A stretch of DNA of 62,156 nucleotides, filler included, from Hausera hauseri (lineage: Eukaryota), in NCBI GenBank assembly GCA_046269625.1. It is 10 parts of 10 records of this genome, joined end to end, with 100 filler letters (N's around TTAATTAATTAA, not from the genome) between each part and the next. Parts side by side here need not be neighbours in the genome. Positions count along the whole stretch, not along the records: positions 46,297 to 53,743 come from JBJURY010014121.1; positions 53,844 to 62,156 come from JBJURY010688772.1; 8 more parts are not named here. One strand, written 5' to 3'. Under the pieces are notes generated by a model. That model saw nothing but the letters and a program-made list of their open reading frames with translations, did no database searches and had not been told where the DNA came from. Positions 51,401-62,156 of the stretch are shown here, piece by piece; the first letter of the stretch is position 1; each line of letters opens with the position of its first letter. The position numbers and the translations under genes are program-made.

Positions 51401-51740
51401 CTATCCGAATGACCATAGGAACTTCTCTGTGATGAACAAAAGGTCCTCGGGAAGTTCAAAGATGAGGTAAAGGGTCAAATGATAATAAGATTCGTGGCGT
51501 TAAAGTCCAAGGTGTATGCCGTCGATGTAAGCGGCCAAATCAAAAAGAGGTGAAAGACGTGCAAAGAGCCATATTAGTTAAAGAGATCGGCTTCCAAGAT
51601 TCTGTGGCAGTTCTGAGGGATCAGGCACATTATGTCGGATATGAGCCGAATTCATTCTATGGCTCATGAAATTCAAACAGTAGACCTGTGGAAAAAGAAC
51701 TGTGACAGAATGGACGACGGAATCTGCACTCTGCCTCATG
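48490..51740 (+). pseudogene. Protein-primed family B DNA polymerase with endonuclease VII-like insert, heavily frameshifted
   Basis: ESGW, FVVYCD, KVRSHCHFTGKYRGAACNSC, FHNFSGYDSHF, RFIDSF, KGVFP, YLKVDVLLL, YLDANNLYEWAM, FGKMMEN, KPIYVG, YMDTDSF. Confidence 0.93.
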
Positions 51741-51977
51741 GGCATGCTGTATTATTGTAAATATCGACATCGTTATTATGACTTTGTAGTTCTTGTTGAT
51801 GTCGTTGTATTGTTGTATCAATAAATTTTGTTTCAAAAATCGTGCTGCATTTTTGATTAATAGATATGGCATAAGGCCAAGTAAAACTAATTAAATACTA
51901 GTAGGACAAGTAAATATAGGTAATATTCAAATGCAGTGCGTCAGTAATCATATTACACTCTCATGATTTCAAAATCA

Positions 51978-52135
51978 ATGTGGATAAAACTTGCCCAATC
52001 TGCCTTGAAGATATGAATGACAAGACGATGAGCCTCGCAACTTGTAATAAACATAGTTTCTGTGAGCTGCCTCAAAGAATGGCTGTGCCGCAAAATGTCC
52101 TGCCCAATATGCAGGACAAAATGCGAATGTGTAAT
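51978..52135 (+). pseudogene. RING-finger protein (putative E3 ligase), one frameshift
   Basis: CPICLED..CNKHSFC/(shift)CLKEWL..CPICR. Confidence 0.8.
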
Positions 52136-52880
52136 CGTTCAGGATGCCCAAGGCCAATGTATGTTTCATGGGTAGGGTGCTCAACACAGACTCTAATATA
52201 TCTTTGGCCCGATACTGACAGTGAATATGATAGTAATGTAAAGGTTATGTCATTTATTTCTTGTTATATTAATACATGTTTTTACACATTGTCTTTTTGT
52301 CTTATATAAAACAGAAACAGGTATTTCATAACATTCATTTAATACCAACATAGCTTTGACACAACGCTAAACACTTTGTAAATGATCAATGTGAACCATG
52401 TTCATGATAAATACATGTAATGTTTTTTGGTATAGTTGCCAATTTGCAACATTCATATACACATTCGTAATTCTGGAAATGTAGTGTTCAGTAGCTTCTT
52501 TCGCCCATCAACATGATCCTTGACGTAGAGCAAAACATCATGCGTATCACAGTGACCCAATGTCTCATATTAGACAGTCTCTACAAAAGTGTACCTCAGA
52601 TTCTTCCCGCATCAATTTATGATGATGCTGCGTCAGATAAGCATTTGTTGTTTGTGTCTTGTTTGAGCAACAATGTATTAGGGATCTAAATAGCATATAT
52701 TATATCTACTATACTAAAATTCACTTACGCAAATACATAATGTAGTAGATTAAACATTATCCACCGACATTATACACAACTCCTTATTTATGTAATCATT
52801 ATTAGTATCTACAAATCCCTCCAAGTCAATGAAGACAGACATTTTTAATAACATTTATTAACACAACAACGTTTATAACA

Positions 52881-53165
52881 TTATCTACATTGACGTCTAT
52901 GGCAGTCCACACAATATTTCTTACATAGAAATATCAATGGATGTTGATATATAATGTCATTGTATGCGACAGGTTGTCCCATACGTTCCAATTTTGTCAC
53001 CAATGCTGATGGATAATGCATCCCAGATGGATGAAACTCATGAATATGATCTGGTGAAACATGTATTGCAATCCAGTGTTCCTCCTGTAAATTAACAGAA
53101 TATGTATTAATCACATCTTCCGTTGAGTAAATAATCTGGAACTTTATCCAAGGAATATACTCCAC
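52881..53165 (-). pseudogene. Adenain-like cysteine protease, second diverged copy
   Basis: EHWIAI..FHPSGMHYPSALV..YQHPLIFLCKKYC; aligns with 27378-27701. Confidence 0.8.
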
Positions 53166-54869
53166 GGAAATTTGGAATTCTGTTCAATGCTTTTTTATTC
53201 TGAAATGTACTACATACATGAAATAAATAATTCATTAAAACTTATTTCATATCAACATCCAACAATTACCAGTACCGTTTATACTATAATTAATCCAAAT
53301 TTTTGGATTTGTATTTCAATATTGTTGGATTAGCGTAATTAATCATGTGGGTTTTACACGGGTTATATTATCCAACATGGAAAAACCCTGTTTAACATTA
53401 CATGCATCAGTCTCATTAAAACAAATTATGTATTTCATACTTTTCCTAAAGCAATCATGAATGAGCAGCTTATAAGTCAATAATGTTCCTCAGCACTTAT
53501 TTCGACTTCAAAAAGTTAGGTCCTAAAGCATTTTATAGATTTATTCAGAAAATCTTTCCATCGGCATCGCTTATCTAATTACAAGAAAAATGTTGCACCA
53601 AATAAATGATTCAAATAAAAATAATCAGCGCTACGCCATATATATACACTCATACATATACAAATACAGGTAACATTTAAATATTTTAAATAATATGAAA
53701 ACAATTCACAGTATAGAATTTATCCACATAAATGAGAATTGCTNNNNNNNNNNNNNNNNNNNNNNNNNNNNNNNNNNNNNNNNNNNNTTAATTAATTAAN
53801 NNNNNNNNNNNNNNNNNNNNNNNNNNNNNNNNNNNNNNNNNNNAACCGTTAAACTTTCCAACCAAAAATTTTTTATGGGTGACAGAGGAAGATTTGGGCT
53901 ACCCGTTTCTGTTGTCTCCTGCAAGTTATCGTGTTCAGAAATATGAAAAATCTCTTTCAAAAATTTTCAAAAAATCTCTTTCAAGTTTTAACATTGAAAT
54001 TTGTCTGCTTAAAGGATACCAAGTTGATAAGAAACAAAGTAGTGTGTATTGTTAACTTCAGGTAATATTCTGTGTATTCATTGGCACACAATCACCATAT
54101 TTATCCAATTCGGTAATAGTTATTCAGAATACATATAATTAATTATTATGTATTATATTTTAATCAATATACAAAAAATGACATAATCAACACAATGGTA
54201 AACTGACAGGTAAATACAGGTGCAATACAACATTTAGTTACTAAAATAGCACCGATCAATAAGCCAATGCGCATGTCAAGCATTAACGTGGCACATCGAA
54301 ATGAATAATATACTATAAAAATAATAAACACTAACACGGATTGTATAAAAACCTTGATACAAAAGTCATCTAATATATTCAAATTTATGTGACAAGTATG
54401 AAAACACAGCGCCAGTTAAACAAATTGATTCTCCATTTTCTAAATATATTAAACCACTTCTTACTAAAATTACCAAAACAAAACTCAAAAGCAATAAATA
54501 AAAATTTAATAAAAAGCCAATTAAATCGCAACCAATTTCACAGAAAAGTCAAAGATACGTTTTTAATAGAGAGGAGATAGTGAATTAACGGAATTGAAAA
54601 GTTATATTCTTTTGCAAACATAGAAGTAAAAATAAGTAACACAAGCAAAAAAAGAAATCTATTAAAACCAAAATTAAAAATACATAGATAATTCAAAATT
54701 AAAAACAGTAATAAGGAAACGCAATATTGTATTGTATTTATGTAATATTTTGTATACGGAATATCGATAATCAAAGCAGCAATTTGAAATTTAAATGACT
54801 CACACACGTACAAAAGAATAATTTTTTCTCATGCTTCGATTCTTAAATCAAGTAACATCTATCGCGAAA

Positions 54870-55154
54870 CCCGGAACTTCATTAAACTGATGGTCCATCA
54901 CCCATATCTCTTTTTGCAACAAGAATACGATACCACATGGCTCCCTCTCTCAATTGCTGATCGAGAATTTTATTCAATTCTCGATGGAACGCTTCCGAAT
55001 TGAGGATTTTTGATACGCGCCGACGTTACTCCATCAGTTTGACGTCTTCCTTGATTTCTGCAGGTCGCAACATTTCCCGCTGGAAATCCGGACTTTCCAT
55101 GTCAAATCCCTCGGCTTTGCTATCTTGTTTATTTACTGCTTGAACTCCAGGCAT
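54870..55154 (-). pseudogene. Adducin/Hts N-terminal fragment with an in-frame TAA
   Basis: MLRPAEIKEDVKLME*RRRVSKILNSEAFHRELNKILDQQL matches the adducin head start; stop at 55026-55028; no aldolase-like domain seen downstream. Confidence 0.7.
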
Positions 55155-55324
55155 TCTGGAAATTGTTAAAAATTATCAACCATCTAAATAATTCCCATCA
55201 ATTATGTGTTTCACGCACAAGTAAATTGGACAATAAATATTTACATATTGCTGTTAAATAACTGATTAGATTGTTTAAGGATTAAAAAATGAAAAGATAG
55301 AAATTGATTGATCAAAAAATTATC

Positions 55325-56572
55325 ATTTTATTTCCCACTTTTCAATAATGCTAATCCCCTCCAATTTCGTCGTGATATTCTCCAACCAATCGTCACTGTA
55401 ATAATAGTCTTGCCAATTAGCCGACTGACATTCTGTATTATTCTGTTTCTCTTCGGCCTGTAATTTCTACAACAAACCGCATAACAGGCCGAGCGAAAAT
55501 CAAATAACGAACATCCTCAAACGACATGGCAAATTCCAAATTCGTATAGAACAAATCGCTAACGAGTTTCCTCAGATCTTTCATTTGATCTTTGAAAATA
55601 GTATGGAGAACAAAATACGAGCTATAGAGCAATTTCAGCAAAACATTTGTTGCACATTGATTTGCCAATCCGAGACACTGATGTCGCCCACACGGCTCCG
55701 ACGCTATATCCATGTTTGTACGACACCAACAGTCGAGAATTACTGACACGTTTGCATCATCGGTATTGCTGTGATGTTTGATAATGCTGTGCAGCAAATG
55801 TTCCAGTTGGTAAATTTGACAGTGTTTGCCCCAATCTTCGACGGATTCAATCCAACGACATTTTTGATTCCGATCGGCAAACATGGAGGTTAATGAAAGG
55901 CCAACATTGTACTGGTTATCACTTTTCTGTATAATAACAAATATGATCCATGTAGTCTATTTTTAAAAAGTTAAGCAAAAATTCGTGTGACTTAATTAAT
56001 TTCATGAAAATTAACTAAAAATACCGGAACAAAAATTGGTTCATTGCCGATGAAATTCTTCAACTCGCTAATGCAATAGTCCAACGGCTTGTGATCCCTA
56101 AACTCATCCGGTGACCACCCGACAGTATCCTTCACTAAAATACAACGGAAACTCGACAATCTCCAAATAATTTACGATGCTCGTATAAATCCTGTCGATA
56201 ACCCGGCGCAACGCTGATTAATTCAGGAAACAGCGTCATAACCTTCTTAATTCCAGACGCGATGGAAAATTTTACGCAGCAAATCTCACTCGTCGCAAAT
56301 AACGTTTCGTTGTCCTCGCCGCGGATGAAATCAACACCTGACACGAAAAGGGCGATAAATTCTTTGGTGAATACGCTTTCTGGTTCTGCAAATTTATTTA
56401 TTATTCCGGCAGTATCTTTATCCCACTGAGCTTTTCTTTGTTCCATTTCTGTGACTTCCTACATTAAACATTCAATTTTACTAGACAAATTCGACACAAA
56501 CCGCCAATAAATTTCCTAACGCATCTTTCTGTGTTGTGAAACTAGGTTTCTCTCGTTTTTCATTTATCCGTT
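55325..56572 (-). CDS. Maelstrom-domain protein, multi-exon with short introns
   Basis: SEICCVKFSIASGIKK..PGYRQDLYEH and CGRHQ..NQCATN resemble the MAEL domain; short GT-AG introns at ~56135-56175, ~55929-56023 and ~55467-55511 preserve frame. Confidence 0.6.
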
Positions 56573-56929
56573 TAGCATTTACACTAAAAAGTCACGTAAA
56601 CTCAGACTTTTGAACATTGCTGACGCAGTTTTTTGTCGTAAACACCACATGAGTTTTTACGCATATAATTGTAATATAATGAAAATGGAGTAACTTTTTT
56701 ACTCATCTGAATTAATGTGCAATAATATTACTTTTCATGATAAATATTCACTAACGGTTATTTGATTTCAGAACAGAATAGAATGCGACAAAATGGTCTG
56801 TCAAAAATAATTTTACCGCAATGCGCAATTAATAAAACAAGACAAAATAAATAATCTGTTAAAATGAAGGGTAAATCAAACTTCACGGTACTTAGACATG
56901 AAGGGGAATTTTTCTACTAATCTTAATTA

Positions 56930-57658
56930 CCGCGCGAATCAATACCGAAAATGAACTGTACTGCGATTCATTGTCAGATCACAGTAAAAAAATTCAGTCG
57001 TCAGATTTGATACTCAGCGGCCGAATCCTCAATGCAGTAGATAATGACGGAGTTGTTTCCGTTTTGAAAATATTAAAGGGCTTCAAAATAATCAATGAAG
57101 TTCGAAGGTCAAGTCAGAAAAATGACTATCATTTAATTGTCATTCGGCATATTGATAAAATGAAAGACTGTCAAATAACTCCAAAAGCGGGAGAAGATTA
57201 CGTGTTTTATTTGAAAAAACCGATCAACAAAATTTCTTCGAATACCTTTTCAGTAATGAATACGGTGATGGGATTTTGGAAAACGCATTTATGCATTTCT
57301 AAATGGTATAAATTCAACCATAAGGTATTAACTGTTTATTTGACTTTAAAGGTGTCCCAAGTAGACTTGTTCAACGAAACGATCCATGTTCCAAGTTAAA
57401 CTGTAAATTCGGAGCAACTTGTACAACGTGGCCTTCTCCACAGCCAAAAGCAGTTTGCCATTGTTCGACTACACAGTGTAATCCAGGAAACGACGAGACG
57501 AAAGTTTGCGGCAGTGACGGATCATTTTACGAAACGGAATGCCATCTGAAATTGCAGCAGTGCTTATCACAGCGCGCCATAATGATATCGCCGAAACGAA
57601 TTTGTGATGGATCGATGGATACTGAGGCACAAAGTAAAACCATTGATGGGATATTATA
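56930..57658 (+). CDS. Agrin-like secreted protein: NtA-like domain plus follistatin/Kazal domain (exon borders approximate)
   Basis: C..SDLILSGRI..VSVLKILKG..DC..YVFYL (NtA-like); DPCSKLNCKFGATC..CHC..C..VCGSDGSFYETECHLKLQQC at ~57380-57606. Confidence 0.7.
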
Positions 57659-58294
57659 ATAAGATTATTCATAACCTTAAAAATGCCGTTCGGTAGAGTT
57701 GACTAAATGTTATCAAAACAGGTAATATCGACGAATGAAGATCAGTGGTTAAAATTGAAATAAATCCTATATTAAGCATATGATTTGATTACATAACTTG
57801 TTCAGTATGCCATACATGATTCGTTATAAACAAATTAATTTTGTACATGTGACTCATAGGATTTTGAACTTCATGGTTTTATTTTGTATTTTATTCTTTC
57901 AATCTACCGGACAGGATCTGTAGACTCGACCTATATTGAGAGAGCACTGCAAAGTTCGTCTGCTATTTCAAAATCTTTAATGTTTGGATGTTTCTTAACT
58001 TCTCTCGCTTGATATTACTGGCCGCCCTGAGTTTGGCGTATCGGTCATACTGAACTCCAGATTTTACTCATTTCACAATTTATCATTTTCTAGTTTTTAA
58101 AGTGATTTCAAAAAGTTTTTTATACTAAGAATGAACAGCGCCTTACTGTTAGTTGGAGTTTTACAAGTTCTACGTTTAAAATAAGTAAAAAATTTTATAC
58201 TGATTAATAATATGAAAAACATTTTTGCAAACAAAGCTAAAATGCAGTGTTGGCTTCTAAATGTTACGTCATTTCAACCAATATTTTACTAAGG

Positions 58295-58410
58295 TCACAT
58301 TTCCAATTTGTCTTTCATGTTATGTCAAAGTACAATGTATTCGTCTAATTATCAGTTACGTCACTAATATTTCTTCCTTCTGTATAAATATTAACTTTAC
58401 ACATGATCGA
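58295..58410 (+). repeat. Dispersed repeat representing the empty site of the 12683-13481 insertion
   Basis: Matches 12593-12682 joined to 13484-13500 across a single TA. Confidence 0.75.
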
Positions 58411-61400
58411 TTACATGATATGAGTCAATTATTAGATGGATATTTACTAGGAACCATTGTTTTTCTTTTATTTTTAATTGCTGGGGAAAAGCAAATTTTC
58501 GGTAATAATTACAAAATTTCCTAATCACATAAATTTTTGATTTTTTCTTTTGAGTAAATACGTTACTGTCTAGCATAAAAATCATTAATACATTTTTACT
58601 TTTAGCTAAATAATATTTCTTATAGTTTTTACTTTTTTAATTGACGTAAAAACCCAGTTGGTATTATTGAGAAACCCCCATTGGAATCTTCGGATATTAA
58701 CTACGAATTAGAAAGTTTCGAGCGAAATATTTATCGACATAAACTGGGTAAATTAAGTGGTTGGGAGAATTTCCCTGTTAAGCGATCGTTGAAATTCAGA
58801 TGAAAACCAGTGCATGAAGTCGAGTCAGATGCTGGTAGATTCATTTTTTTAAATGAGCTGACGAACAACCGAGTACAGAACGTTGATTTTAGCGTTACGA
58901 AATCGGAAAAGTCATTTGATAACGAAGTGAATAAATCGGTTGAAGACGGAAAGCTTTTGTCGAAATTAAATAATACTCGGTTTAATTCGAATGTTGATGC
59001 ATTGAACTCCGTACACATTCAGAATATGTCCGCTTTAAAATCTTTAATCGATAATCAAGTACGTTATTTATTTGATATTCATTGACGGGAATTATTATTG
59101 GATTAGAATGGACACATCTATCTTTTGGTTAAGGGTGAACCGCTTCAAGCGTTGGATTCCAGTGGAAACTTTTCGAATATTATTGATTCGAATGGCTATT
59201 CACAATCGTTACAAATGTCATGTGTGAAAATGGGTATTTATTTAATTTTATTTGTTTGTTGATATATTTGTGTGTGTGTGTGATTTTTCTTTTTGACTTT
59301 GTATCAGAATTATCCGTATTTTTATGGATGAAAAGAGTTTTCTATTTATCTCAATGGTGGTGGAGGCGAACCAATAAAAATTTTAAAAAAATTGAGGGGC
59401 TGGCCTATTACCCGCATAACACATCTACTGACGTTGCATGGTAACCTTTCATAATTATCGTGGGGTGTCCTCGGCGAGGGGTTCTGAGCAAGAACCGCTA
59501 ATTTGGATTACTATTGATGACTTCTACGAGCCAGTCACAACCCGTACTTGGTACTCTAACCTAGATGACTTAATGGCTACCAAGAACAAGTTTTCTATGG
59601 GATGTGTAAAATATTCTGGCTGATAGATTACAACGAAAATTGTGGAACGTTTCAAAATTCTTACTGCATTAGTGCTCCTTGCGCAATACTCGACTAAGAT
59701 TTAATGGAGCCGTAAGATATTGCAGGTAGTGGGATGTTTTAAAATATTAAAGTGGAACTCTCTTCTATGAGCGATAAATTGTTTCTGGTTTATGTAATGA
59801 ATGGAAACATACTATATAGAAATGAGAAAACCAATGATATTGTAGGAACCCCGGGACAGACTGTCTAGATATCCTGGAATACGTCATAGTAAGTTTCAAA
59901 AATCTGGAATGCGTTCAGTATTGGATGGTATGTCGGAAATTTGGCTCATACGGTCACACGGGGTTACATATTTTGAAGACCCCAAGAGCGTGAGGTCTAC
60001 GCTATAGATTGCGTAGCTTACAGGATGTTCCAAACTATTTTTGCATATATTTATTGACTCATGCACTATTCCCCTCATACAAATATTCATTCTGGCTATT
60101 TTATATAAATCACCCCTACTTTTTTATGAACTTTCCATTAATACTTACCACCGAAAATTTCATCATTAATATTCTGTCAATATTCCTTGAAAATAAAACG
60201 TACACTAAATAGAATTCTGTTAACAGAATATTAGGTAGCAATTTCTGATTTCTGAAGGAACAGCGATATTAAATCACAAAGTAAAAAGTCGACTATTAGC
60301 AGGAAAGTGAAGACAAAATTGGATGAAATCTTGTAAAATTCCTAAAAATGCTTAATCATTTTTGGCGGGAGATAGTGCATAAGTACATAAATATATGCAA
60401 AAATTACACTGGGGCACTTATTATAAATATTATTTTTTCTGTTTATTTCCAAAATGTGTACAAATAAAACGCCCCTCTACTGATAAGGAGGGACAAACCT
60501 CGCTTTTCCTTTTGTTACCTCGCTATGTAAGGCTTGGGAAATTTTAGTCGCCCTCTTCATATTTGAATGTAATGTATCGAAGACAATATCAACACGAATT
60601 CAAAAGCCAACTGAACATTTTTATTGATAAAATTCGCCTTCCCAATAACTAATTTAGTAACAAGCACAATTTGTTAGCTACAGAATATTGAAGCACTAAA
60701 ACGAATTGCCGATCAATAACTGAAAACGTTCAACACTAACCGGTAGATTAAATTCACATAGCAACCATTCTGGCAATTAAAAACCATTTATAAAACTGCA
60801 AAAATGAGCACAACACCTATACGAAATTCGTCACGTACTTAAACAGACAAAAATATAATTTCACAACACAGAACAATTTACTACTGTATTTATTAACAGT
60901 CGTATAGTAACTTTATGTTATTATTGATTTAATTAATTTCCAACATAATCAAGGAATTACATAATAAGATAGCGGAATGTTTTTACATAATTTTCATAAA
61001 CAAATTCCACAAAAAACCAAGGAATATCATTACATATTTTTTGGCAGGAGTAGCTCGATTTATGCAATAGTAGACGTTTTGCTGAATAATTAGAAATAAT
61101 TTGAAAAATTACGCGCTACATAACATAAGTAGTCGTAACATTCTGGTCAATGTGTCTTGTTAAAAATACCCGAATTTGGCATGCTAAAATTTGCAGACGT
61201 CACATGGACACAACGACATCGACACACAATTATGTTGTTAATAATAACAGAGCACACCAATTCTTCAAACCAATAAATATTGTTGTTACAACTCCACTGA
61301 CTTGAGATCTCGTTGACATCATCGGTGCATGCATCAATCATCGTGAAAGTCAATGCGTGTTTAGATTTTTTATTTGATCATTTATTTTCGCGTTTATTCA

Positions 61401-62156
61401 ATAATGATTATTGTCGTTTGATTACAATGATTTGTAAGTAAATTACTTATTTTTATTTCCGTATTTCTGTGAATTCAAAACCACTCTTTATTTGTGCAAC
61501 ATTACAAAGTGGTATTTTTCATTTTGTAGCTGCCAAAGAAAGGGTAATTTTGTATTCATTAATCGAATTCATTTGACTTTTATTTTCTAAACAATTGGAG
61601 ATTATGTTGAATGGCAAAACTATTTGGGTTGATCGTCAAAGATATTGGATTTGATTTTATGCACATTCAATTAGGAGGATTGTACTTATCGTGGGTAATT
61701 GATTAATACTTTAGATATCGTGATGTTCGGTAGCGTGAGATTTTGGCTAATCGTGGTTAGTTACTGTGAGTTATTTTCTGTGAGTATCGCAATGAAGTCG
61801 ACGATTTAATTTGTTGTTTAATAAGGTATATCAGATTATAGAATTTTAGAATAAACGCTGTTTGGAGTTTTAAATTTGTGTTTGACATATTTGAGTTTAA
61901 CAAAATTTTAAAGAAATTGAGGTTTATTTTTTTGGCCATATTTGTTTTTATTTACATTTGACGAGTCATTCGTTATGAATAATGCAAATATTTGTTGTGG
62001 AAATTGAATAAGTTAAATTAATATCGGTCTTATTTTTCATTTAGAAATATATTTATGTATTGCAGCAACAATGAGTGGATTGGGTACTACGAAATAATCC
62101 TGAAATTCATTGTAACCGATAGATTTTCTGAGCTCCATATTTATAAAATAATTTAT

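Larger units (their letters stand above)
47105..53290. mobile_element. Polinton/Maverick-like fragment, copy C: control block, spliced Zn-finger leader, pPolB, RING, convergent protease
   Basis: Control block and intron-containing leader are homologous to 3400-4391; pPolB and adenain motifs are listed separately. Confidence 0.85.

Noticed and set aside
58670-59720. Coding-like exons of an unknown gene or transposase
   Set aside because: Plausible splice sites, but no motif I can support and in-frame stops in the distal part.

Overview
The window is not one locus. It holds ten short contigs of an AT-rich, small-intron animal genome, joined by artificial N44-TTAATTAATTAA-N44 spacers, so adjacency across a spacer means nothing. 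Most of it is decayed mobile DNA: three ordinary Ty3/Gypsy remnants (two CsRN1-like), mariner and Tc1 remnants, and pieces of a Polinton/Maverick (adintovirus-like) virus on three contigs. The virus pieces include a major capsid protein, two tandem minor-capsid paralogues, a core protein, adenain-like proteases, a protein-primed PolB, a RING gene and a shared palindrome-rich control block. The last contig carries host genes (Maelstrom-like, agrin-like NtA+follistatin, an adducin fragment). Several contig ends carry foreign-looking DNA (a vertebrate titin exon, a teleost-type SINE, a bacterial miaA fragment). The most striking object is a Gypsy-type element at 29387-36926, continued by a sibling copy at 41218-45146. 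In it a chuvirus/gB-type class III fusion glycoprotein with its own internal signal peptide and TM anchor lies BETWEEN gag and the protease. It appears to be part of one giant Gag-X-Ubl-Env-PR-RT-RH-IN-Y polyprotein, now broken by only a few stops and frameshifts. All family assignments come from motif recognition by eye, not database searches.
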